DNA of 64,000 bases from the human T2T-CHM13v2.0 reference genome, Homo sapiens. The position numbers and the translations under genes are program-made. Under the pieces are notes generated by a model, which saw only the letters and a list, made by a program, of their open reading frames with translations, was not told the DNA's origin and did not search any database. Positions 51,894-63,800 of this stretch are shown here, piece after piece (position 1 is the first letter of the stretch; the number at the start of each line of letters is the position of its first letter). Location of the stretch: NCBI RefSeq assembly GCF_009914755.1, contig NC_060925.1; one strand, 5' to 3'.

Positions 51894-54800
51894 TCAAAAT
51901 ATCCACGTGCAGACTTTACAAAGAGAGTGTTTCCAAACCGCTGAATGAAAAGAAAAGTTAAACTCTGAGAGTTGAACGCAGACATCACGCAGCAGTTTCT
52001 GAGAATGATTCTGTCTAGTTTTTATACGAAGATATTTCCTTTTCTGCCTTTGGCCCCAAAGCGCTTGAAATCTCCACTTGCAAATTCCACAAAAACAGTG
52101 TTTCAAATCTGCTCTCTCTAAATGAAAGTTCAACTCTGTCAGTTGAATACACACAACACAAGGAAGTTACTGAGAATTCTTCTGTCTAGCATAATATGAA
52201 GAAATCCCGTTTCCAACGAAGGCCTCAAAGGGGTCTGAATATCCACTTGCAGACTTTATAAACAGAGTGTTTACTAACTGCTCTATGAAAAGAAAGGTTA
52301 AACTCTGTGAGTTGAACACACACATCACAAAGGAGTTTCTGAGAATCATTCTGTCTAGTTTTTCTACGAAGATATTTCCTTTTCTACTATTGACCTCAAA
52401 GCGGCTGAAATCTCCACTTGCAAATTCCACAAAAAGAGTGTTTCAAGTCTGCTCTGTGTAAAGGATCGTTCAACTCTGTGAGTTGAATACACACAACACA
52501 AGGAAGTTACTGAGAATTCTTCTGTCTAGCAGAATATGAAGAAATCCCGTTTCCAACGAAGGCCTCAAGGAGGTCTGAATATCCACTTGCAGACTTTACA
52601 AACAGAGTGTTTCCTAACTACTCTATGAACAGAAAGGTTAAACTCTGTGAGTTGAACGCACACATCACAAAGGAGTTTCTGAGAATCATTCTGTCTAGTC
52701 TTTATACGAAGATATTTACTTTTCTACCATTGACCTCAAAGCGGCTGAAATCTCCACTTGCAAATTCCACAAAAAGAGTGTTTCAAGTCTGCTCTGTGTA
52801 AAGGATCCTTCAACTCTGTGAGTTGAATACACACAACACAAGGAAATTACTGAGAATTCTTCTGTCTAGCAGAATATGAAGAAATCCCGTTTCCAACGAA
52901 GGCCTCAAAGAGGTCTGAATATCCACTTGCAGACTTTACAAACAGAGTGTTTCCTAACTGCTGTATGAGAAGAAAAGTTAAACTCTGTGAGTTGAACGCA
53001 CACATCACAAAAGATTTTCTGAGAATCATTCTGTCTAGTCTTTATATGAAGATAGTTTCCTTTTCTACCATTGACCTCAAAGCGGCTGAAATCTCCACTT
53101 GCAAATTCCACAAAAAGAATGTTTCAAGTCTGCTCTGTGTAAAGGATCGTTCAACTCTGTGAGTTGAATACACACAACACAAGGAAGTTACTGAGAATTC
53201 TTCTGTCTAGCAGAATATGAAGAAATCCCGTTTCCAACGAAGGCCTCAAAGAGGTCTGAATATCCACTTGCAGACTTTACAAACAGAGTGTTTCCTAACT
53301 GCTCTATGAAAAGAAAGGTTAAACTCTGTGAGTTGAACGCACACATCACAAAGGAGTTTCTGAGAATCGTTCTGTCTAGTTTCTATAGGAAGATATTTCC
53401 TATTCTACCATTGACCTCAAAGCGGCTGAAATCTCCACTTGCAAATTCCACAAAAAGAGTGTTTCAAGCCTGCTCTCTGTAAAGGATCCTTCAACTCTGT
53501 GAGTTGAATACACACAACACAAGGAAGTTACTGAGAATTATTCTGTCTAGCATAATATGAAGAAATCCCGTTTCCAACGAAGGCCTCAAAGAGGTCTGAA
53601 TATCCACTTGCAGACTTTACAAACAGAGTGTTTCCTAACTGCTCTATGAGAAGAAAAGTTAAACTCTGTGAGTTGAACGCACACATCACAAAAGATTTTC
53701 TGAGAATCATTCTGTCTAGTCTTTATATGAAGATAGTTTCCTTTTCTACCATTGACCTCAAAGCGGCTGAAATCTCCACTTGCAAATTCCACAAAAAGAG
53801 TGTTTCAAGTCTGCTCTGTGTAAAGGATCGTTCAACTCTGTGAGTTGAATACACACAACACAAGGAAGTTACTGAGAATTCTTCTGTCTAGCAGAATATG
53901 AAGAAATCCCGTTTCCAACGAAGGCCACAAGATGTCAGAATATCCACTTACAGACTTTACAAACAGAGTGTTTCCTAACTGCTCTATGAACAGAAAGGTT
54001 AAACTCTGTGAGTTGAACGAACACATCACAACGCAGTTTGTGGGAATGATTCTGTCTAGTTTTGAAACGAAGATATTTCCTTTTCTGCCGTTGACCTTAA
54101 AGCGCTTGAAATCTACACTTGCAAATTGCACAAATAGAGTGTTTCAAATCTGCTCTGTCTAAGGGAACGTTCAACTCTGTGAGTTGAATGCACACAACAC
54201 AAGGAAGTTACTGGGAATTCTTCTGTCTAGCCTTACATGAAAAAAACCCGTTTCCAACGAAGGCCTCTAAGTGGTCAAAATTTCCACGTGCAGACTTTAC
54301 AAACAGAGTGTTTCCAAACCGCTGAATGAAAAGAAAAGTTAAACTCTGAGAGTTGAACGCACACATCACGCAGCAGTTTCTGAGAATGATTCTGTCTAGT
54401 TTTTATACGAAGATATTTCCTTTTCTGCCTTTGGCCCCAAAGCGCTTGAAATCTCCACTTGCAAATTCCACAAAAACAGTGTTTCAAATCTGCTCTCTCT
54501 AAATGAAAGTTCAACTCTGTCAGTTGAATACACACAACACAAGGAAGTTACTGAGAATTCTTCTGTCTAGCATAATATGAAGAAATCCCGTTTCCAACGA
54601 AGGCCTCAAAGGGGTCTGAATATCCACTTGCAGACTTTATAAACAGAGTGTTTACTAACTGCTCTATGAAAAGAAAGGTTAAACTCTGTGAGTTGAACAC
54701 ACACATCACAAAGGATTTTGTGGGAATCGTTCTGTCTAGTCTTTATACGAAGGTAGTTTCCTTTTCTACCATTGACCTCAAAGCGGCTGAAATCTGCACT

Positions 54801-57800
54801 TGCAAATTCCACAAAAGGAGTCTTTCAAGTCTGCTCTGTGTAAAGGATCGTTCATCTCTGTGAGTTGAATACACACAACACAAGGAAGTTACTGAGAATT
54901 CTTCTGTCTAGCAGAATATGAAGAAATCCCGTTTCCAACGAAGGCTTCAAAGAGGTCTGAATATCCACTTGCAGACTTTACAAACAGAGTGTTTCCTAAC
55001 TGCTCTATGAAAAGAAAGTTTAAACTCTGTGAGTTGAACGCACACATCACAAAGGAGTTTCTGAGAATCATTCTGTCTTGTTTCTATTGGAAGATATTTC
55101 CTATTCTACCATTGACCTCAAAGCGGCTGAAATCTCCACTTGCAAATTCCACAAAAAGAGTGTTTCAAGTCTGCTCTGTGTAAAGGACCGTTCAACTCTG
55201 TGAGTTGAATACACACAACACAAGGAAGTTAGTGAGAATTCTTCTGTCTAGCAGAATATGAAGAAATCCCGTTTCCAACGAAGGCCTCAAGGAGGTCTGA
55301 ATATCCACTTGCAGACTTTACAAACAGAGTGTTTCCTAACTGCTCTATGAACAGAAAGGTTAAACTCTGTGAGTTGAACGCACACATCACAAAGGAGTTT
55401 CTGAGAATCATTCTGTCTAGTCTTTATACGAAGATATTTACTTTTCTACCATTGACCTCAAAGCGGCTGAAATCTCCACTTGCAAATTCCACAAAAAGAG
55501 TGTTTCAAGTCTGCTCTGTGTAAAGGATCATTCAACTCTGTGAGTTGAATAAACACAACACAAGGAAGTTACTGAGAATTCTTCTGTCTAGCAGAATATG
55601 AAGAAATCCCGTTTCCAACGAAGGCCTCAAGGAGGTCTGAATATCCACTTGCAGACTGTATAAACAGAGTGTTTCCTAACTGCTCTATGAACAGAAAGGT
55701 TAAACTCTGTGAGTTGAACGAACACATCACAACGCAGTTTGTGGGAATGATTCTGTCTAGTTTTGAAACGAAGAAATTTCCTTTTCTGCCATTGACCTTA
55801 AAGCGCTTGAAATCTACACTTGCAAATTGCACAAATAGAGTGTTTCAAATCTGCTCTGTCTAAGGGAACGTTCAACTCTGTGAGTTGAATGCACACAACA
55901 CAAGGAAGTTACTGGGAATTCTTCTGTCTAGCCTTACATGAAGAAAACCCGTTTCCAACGAAGGCCTCTAAGAGGTCAAAATATCCACGTGCAGACTTTA
56001 CAAAGAGAGTGTTTCCAAACCGCTGAATGAAAAGAAAAGTTAAACTCTGAGAGTTGAACGCAGACATCATGCAGCAGTTTCTGAGAATGATTCTGTCTAG
56101 TTTTTATACGAAGATATTTCCTTTTCTGCCTTTGGCCCCAAAGCGCTTGAAATCTCCACTTGCAAATTCCACAAAAACAGTGTTTCAAATCTGCTCTCTC
56201 TAAATGAAAGTTCAACTCTGTCAGTTGAATACACACAACACAAGGAAGTTACTGAGAATTCTTCTGTCTAGCATAATATGAAGAAATCCCGTTTCCAACG
56301 AAGGTCTCAAAGGGGTCTGAATATCCACTTGCAGACTTTATAAACAGAGTGTTTACTAACTGCTCTATGAAAAGAAAGGTTAAACTCTGTGAGTTGAACA
56401 CACACATCACAAAGGAGTTTCTGAGAATCATTCTGTCTAGTTTTTCTACGAAGATATTTCCTTTTCTACTATTGACCTAAAAGCGGCTGAAATCTCCACT
56501 TGCAAATTCCACAAAAAGAGTGTTTCAAGTCTGCTCTGTGTAAAGGGTCGTTCAACTCTGTGAGTTGAATACACACAACACAAGGAAGTTACTGAGAATT
56601 CTTCTGTCTAGCAGAATATGAAGAAATCCCGTTTCCAACGAAGGCCTCAAGGAGGTCTGAATATCCACTTGCAGACTTTACAAACAGAGTGTTTCCTAAC
56701 TGCTCTATGAACAGAAAGGTTAAACTCTGTGAGTTGAACGCACACATCACAAAGGAGTTTCTGAGAATCATTCTGTCTAGTCTTTATACGAAGATATTTA
56801 CTTTTCTACCATTGACCTCAAAGCGGCTGAAATCTCCACTTGCAAATTCCACAAAAAGAGTGTTTCAAGTCTGCTCTGTGTAAAGGGTCCTTCAACTCTG
56901 TGAGTTGAATACACACAACACAAGGAAGTTACTGAGAATTCTTCTGTCTAGCAGAATATGAAGAAATCCCGTTTCCAACGAAGGCCTCAAAGAGGTCTGC
57001 ATATCCACTTGCAGACTTTACAAACAGAGTGTTTCCTAACTGCTCTATGAGAAGAAAAGTTAAACTCTGTGAGTTGAACGCACACATCACAAAAGATTTT
57101 CTGAGAATCATTCTGTCTAGTCTTTATATGAAGATAGTTTCCTTTTCTACCATTGACCTCAAAGCGGCTGAAATCTCCACTTGCAAATTCCACAAAAAGA
57201 GTGTTTCAAGTCTGCTCTGTGTAAAGGATCGTTCAACTCTGTGAGTTGAATACACACAACACAAGGAAGTTACTGAGAATTCTTCTGTCTAGCAGAATAG
57301 GAAGAAATCCCGTTTCCAACGAAGGCCACAAGATGTCAGAATATCCACTTACAGACTTTACAAACAGAGTGTTTCCTAACTGCTCTATGAACAGAAAGGT
57401 TAAACTCTGTGAGTTGAACGAACACATCACAACGCAGTTTGTGGGAATGATTCTGTCTAGTTTTGAAACGAAGATATTTCCTTTTCTGCCGTTGACCTTA
57501 AAGCGCTTGAAATCTACACTTGCAAATTGCACAAATAGAGTGTTTCAAATCTGCTCTGTCTAAGGGAGCGTTCAACTCTGTGAGTTGAATGCACACAACA
57601 CAAGGAAGTTACTGGGAATTCTTCTGTCCAGCCTTACATGAAAAAAAACCCGTTTCCAACGAAGGCCTCTAAGTGGTCAAAATATCCACGTGCAGACTTT
57701 ACAAACAGAGTGTTTCCAAACCGCTGAATGAAAAGAAAAGTTAAACTCTGAGAGTTGAACGCACACATCACGCAGCAGTTTCTGAGAATGATTCTGTCTA

Positions 57801-60800
57801 GTTTTTATACGAAGATATTTCCTTTTCTCCCCTTGGCCCCAAAGCGCTTGAAATCTCCACTTGCAAATTCCACAAAAACAGTGTTTCAAATCTGCTCTCT
57901 CTAAATGAAACTTCAACTCTGTCAGTTGAATACACACAACACAAGGAAGTTACTGAGAATTCTTCTGTCTAGCATAATATGAAGAAATCCCGTTTCCAAC
58001 GAAGGCCTCAAAGGGGTCTGAATATCCACTTGCAGACTTTAAAAACAGAGTGTTTACTAACTGCTCTATGAAAAGAAAGGTTAAACTCTGTGAGTTGAAC
58101 ACACACATCACAAAGGAGTTTCTGAGAATCATTCTGCCTAGATTTTCTACGAAGATATTTCCTTTTCTACTATTGACCTCAAAGCGGCTGAAATCTCCAC
58201 TTGCAAATTCCACAAAAAGAGTGTTTCAAGTCTGCTCTGTGTAAAGGATCGTTCAACTCTGTGAGTTGAATACACACAACACAAGGAAGTTACTGAGAAT
58301 TATTCTGTCTAGCAGAATATGAAGAAATCCCGTTTCCAACGAAGGCCTCAAAGAGGTCTGAATATCCACTTGCAGACTTTACAAACAGAGTGTTTCCTAA
58401 CTGCTCTATGAAAAGAAAGGTTAAACTCTGTGAGTTGAACGCACACATCACAAAGGAGTTTCTGAGAATCATTCTGTCTAGTTTCTATAGGAAGATATTT
58501 CCTATTCTACCATTGACCTCAAAGCGGCTGAAATCTCCACTTGCAAATTCCACAAAAAGAGTGTTTCAAGTCTGCTCTGTGTAAAGGATCGTTCAACTCT
58601 GTGAGTTGAATACACACAACACAAGGAAGTTACTGAGAATTCTTCTGTCTAGCAGAATATGAAGAAATCCCGTTTCCAACGAAGGCCTCAAGGAGGTCTG
58701 AATATCCACTTGCAGACTTTACAAACAGAGTGTTTCCTAAGTGCTCTATGAACAGAAAGGTTAAACTCTGTGAGTTGAACGCACACATCACAAAGGAGTT
58801 TCTGAGAATCATTCTGTCTAGTCTTTATACGAAGATATTTCCTTTTCTACCATTGACCTCAAAGCGGCTGAAATCTCCACTTGCAAATTCCACAAAAAGA
58901 GTGTTTCAAGTCTGCTCTGTGTAAAGGATCGTACAACTCTGTGAGCTGAATACACACAACACAAGGAAGTTACTGAGAATTCTTCTGTCTAGCAGAATAT
59001 GAAGAAATCCCGTTTCCAACGAAGGCCTCAAGGAGGTCTGAATATCCACTTGCAGACTTTACAAACAGAGTGTTTCCTAACTGCTCTATGAACAGAAAGG
59101 TTAAACTCTGTGAGTTGAACGCACACATCACAAAAGAGTTTCTGAGAATCATTCTGTCTAGTCTTTATACGAAGATATTTCCTTTTCTACCATTGACATC
59201 AAAGCGGCTGAAATCTCCACTTGCAAATTCCACAAAAAGTGTGTTTCAAGTCTGCTCTGTGTAAAGGATCGTTCAACTCTGTGAGTTGAATACACACAAC
59301 ACAAGGAAGTTACTGAGAATTCTTCTGTCTAGCAGAATATGAAGAAATCCCGTTTCCAACGAAGGCCACAAGATGTCAGAATATCCACTTACAGACTTTA
59401 CAAACAGAGTGTTTCCTAACTGCTCTATGAACAGAAAGGTTAAACTCTGTGAGTTGAACGAACACATCACAACGCAGTTTCTGGGAATGATTCTGTCTAG
59501 TTTTGAAACGAAGATATTTCCTTTTCTGCCGTTGACCTTAAAGAGCTTGAAAACTACACTTGCAAATTGCACAAATAGAGTGTTTCAAATCTGCTCTGTC
59601 TAAGGGAACGTTCAACTCTGTGAGTTGAATGCACACAACACAAGGAAGTTACTGGGAATTCTTCTGTCTAGCCTTACATGAAAAAATCCAGTTTCCAACG
59701 AAGGCCTCTAAGTGGTCAAAATTTCCACGTGCAGACTTTACAAACAGAGTGTTTCCAAACCGCTGAATGAAAAGAAAAGTTAAACTCTGAGAGTTGAACG
59801 CACACATCACGCAGCAGTTTCTGAGAATGATTCTGTCTAGTTTTTATACGAAGATATTTCCTTTTCGGCCTTTGGCCCCAAAGCGCTTGAAATCTCCACT
59901 TGCAAATTCCACAAAAACAGTGTTTCAAATCTGCTCTCTCTAAATGAAAGTTCAACTCTGTGAGTTGAATACACACAACACAAGGAAGTTACTGAGAATT
60001 CTTCTGTCTAGCAGAATAGGAAGAAATCCCGTTTCCAACGAAGGCCTCAAAGAGGTCTGAATATCCACTTGCAGACTTTACAAACAGAGTGTTTCCTAAC
60101 TGCTCTATGAAAAGAAAAGTTAAACTCTGTGAGTTGAACGCACACATCACAAAGGAGTTTCTGAGAATCGTTCTGTCTAGTTTCTATAGGAAGATATTTC
60201 CTATTCTACCATTGACCTCAAAGCGGCTGAAATCTCCACTTGCAAATTCCACAAAAAGAATGTTTCAAGTCTGCTCTGTGTAAAGGATCGTTCAACTCTG
60301 TGAGTTGAATACACACAACACAAGGAAGTTACTGAGAATTATTCTGTCTAGCATAATATGAAGAAATCCCGTTTCCAGCGAAGGCCTCAAAGAGGTCTGA
60401 ATATCCACTTGCAGACTTTACAAACAGAGTGTTTCCTAACTGCTCTATGAAAAGAAAAGTTAAACTCTGTGAGTTGAACGCACACATCACAAAGGAGTTT
60501 ATGAGAATCATTCTGTCTAGTCTTTATACGAAGATATTTCCTTTTCTACCATTGACCTCAAAGCGGCTGAAATCTCCACTTGCAAATTCCACAAAAAGAG
60601 TGTTTCAAGTCTGCTCTGTGTAAAGGATCGTTCAACTCTGTGAGTTGAATACACACAACACAAGGAAGTTACTGAGAATTCTTCTGTCTAGCAGAATATG
60701 AAGAAATCCCGTTTCCAACGAAGGCCTCAAGAAGGTCTGAATATCCACTTGCAGAATTTACAAACAGAGTGTTTCCTAACTGCTCTATGAACAGAAAGGT

Positions 60801-63800
60801 TAAACTCTGTGAGTTGAACGCACACATCACAAAGGTGTTTCTGAGAATCATTCTGTCTAGTCTTTATACGAAGATATTTTCTTTTCTACCATTGACTTCA
60901 AAGCGGCTGAAATCTCCACTTGCAAATTCCACAAAAAGAGTGTTTCAAGTCTGCTCTGTGTAAAGGATCGTTCAACTCTGTGAGTTGAATACACACAACA
61001 CAAGGAAGTTACTGAGAATTATTCTGTCTAGCAGAATATGAAGAAATCCCGTTTCCAACGAAGGCCTCAAGGAGGTCTGAATATCCACTTGCAGACTTTA
61101 CAAACAGAGTGTTTCCTAACTGCTCTATGAAAAGAAAAGTTAAACTCTGTGAGTTGAACGCACACATCACAAAGGAGTTTATGAGAATCATTCTGTCTAG
61201 TCTTTATACGAAGATATTTCCTTTTATACCATTGACCTCAAAGCGGCTGAAATCTCCACTTGCAAATTCCACAAAAAGAGTGTTTCAAGTCTGCTCTGTG
61301 TAAAGGATTGTTCAACTCTGTGAGTTGAATACACACAACACAAGGAAGTTACTGAGAATTCTTCTGTCTAGAAGAATATGAAGAAATCCCGTTTCCAACG
61401 AAGGCCTCAAGGAGGTCTGAATATCCACTTGCAGACTTTACAAACAGAGTGTTTCCTAACAGCTCTATGAACATAAAAGGTTAAACTCTGTGAGTTGAAC
61501 GCACACATCACAAAGGAGTTTCTGAGAATCGTTCTGTCTAGTTTCTATAGGAAGATATTTCCTTTTCTACCATTGACCTCAAAGCGGCTGAAACCTCCAC
61601 TTGCAAATTCCACAAAAAGAGTGTTTCAAGTCTGCTCTGTGTAAAGGATCGTTCAACTCTGTGAGTTGAATACACACAACACCAGGAAGTTACTGAGAAT
61701 TCTTCTGTCTAGCAGAATATGAAGAAATCCCGTTTCCAACGAAGGCCTCAAGGAGGTCTGAATATCCACTTGCAGACTGTACAAACAGAGTGTTTCCTAA
61801 CTGCTCTATGAACAGAAAGGTTAAACTCTGTGAGTTGAACGAACACATCACAACGCAGTTTGTGGGAATGATTCTGTCTAGTTTTGAAACGAAGAAATTT
61901 CCTTTTCTGCCATTGACCTTAAAGCGCTTGAAATCTACACTTGCAAATTGCACAAATAGAGTGTTTCAAATCTGCTCTGTCTAAGGGAACGTTCAACTCT
62001 GTGAGTTGAATGCACACAACACAAGGAAGTTACTGGGAATTCTTCTGTCTAGCCTTACATGAAGAAAACCCGTTTCCAACGAAGGCCTCTAAGTGGTCAA
62101 AATATCCACGTGCAGACTTTACAAAGAGAGTGTTTCCAAACCGCTGAATGAAAAGAAAAGTTAAACTCTGAGAGTTGAACGCACACATCACGCAGCAGTT
62201 TCTGAGAATGATTCTGTCTAGTTTTTATACGAAGATATTTCCTTTTCTGCCTTTGGCCCCAAAGCGCTTGAAATCTCCACTTGCAAATTCCACAAAAACA
62301 GTGTTTCAAATCTGCTCTCTCTAAATGAAAGTTCAACTCTGTCAGTTGAATACACACAACACAAGGAAGTTACTGAGAATTCTTCTGTCTAGCATAATAT
62401 GAAGAAATCCCGTTTCCAACGAAGGCCTCAAAGGGGTCTGAATATCCACTTGCAGACTTTATAAACAGAGTGTTTACTAACTGCTCTATGAAAAGAAAGG
62501 TTAAACTCTGTGAGTTGAACACACACATCACAAAGGAGTTTCTGAGAATCATTCTGTCTAGTTTTTCTACGAAGATATTTCCTTTTCTACTAGTGACCTC
62601 AAAGCGGCTGAAATCTCCACTTGCAAATTCCACAAAAAGAGTGTTTCAAGTCTGCTCTGTGTAAAGGATCGTTCAACTCTGTGAGTTGAATACACACAAC
62701 ACAAGGAAGTTACTGAGAATTCTTCTGTCTAGCAGAATATGAAGAAATCCCGTTTCCAACGAAGGCCTCAAGGAGGTCTGAATATCCACTTGCAGACTTT
62801 ACAAACAGAGTGTTTCCTAACTGCTCTATGAACAGAAAGGTTAAACTCTGTGAGTTGAACGCACACATCACAAAGGAGTTTCTGAGAATCATTCTGTCTA
62901 GTCTTTATACGAAGATATTTACTTTTCTACCATTGACCTCAAAGCGGCTGAAATCTCCACTTGCAAATTCCACAAAAAGAGTGTTTCAAGTCTGCTCTGT
63001 GTAAAGGATCATTCAACTCTGTGAGTTGAATAAACACAACACAAGGAAGTTACTGAGAATTCTTCTGTCTAGCAGAATATGAAGAAATCCCGTTTCCAAC
63101 GAAGGCCTCAAGGAGGTCTGAATATCCACTTGCAGACTTTACAAACAGAGTGTTTCCTAACTGCTCTATGAAAAGAAAGGTTAAACTCTGTGAGTTGAAC
63201 GCACACATCACAAAGGAGTTCATGAGAATCATTTTGTCTAGGTTCTATAAGAAGATATTTCCTATTCTACCATTGACCTCAAAGCGGCTGAAATCTCCAC
63301 TTGCAAATTCGACAAAAAGAGTGTTTCAAGCCTGCTCTCTGTAAAGGATCCTTCAACTCTGTGAGTTGAATACACACAACACAAGGAAGTTACTGAGAAT
63401 TATTCTGTCTAGCATAATATGAAGAAATCCCGTTTCCAACGAAGGCCTCAAAGAGGTCTGAATATCCACTTGCACACTTTACAAACAGAGTGTTTCCTAA
63501 CTGCTCTATGAGAAGAAAAGTTAAACTCTGTGAGTTGAACGCACACATCACAAAAGATTTTCTGAGAATCATTCTGTCTAGTCTTTATATGAAGATAGTT
63601 TCCTTTTCTACCATTGACCTCAAAGCGGCTGAAATCTCCACTTGCAAATTCCACAAAAAGAGTGTTTCAAGTCTGCTCTGTGTAAAGGATCGTTCAACTC
63701 TGTGAGTTGAATACACACAACACAAGGAAGTTACTGAGAATTCTTCTGTCTAGCAGAATATGAAAAAATCCCGTTTCCAACGAAGGCCACAAGATGTCAG

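Noticed and set aside
232-62096. HOR length series (12,16,16,16,16,12,10,...) as an information-bearing code
   Set aside because: Shared private SNPs explain the series through duplication and dimer-step deletion. Nothing in the sequence supports a coding role.
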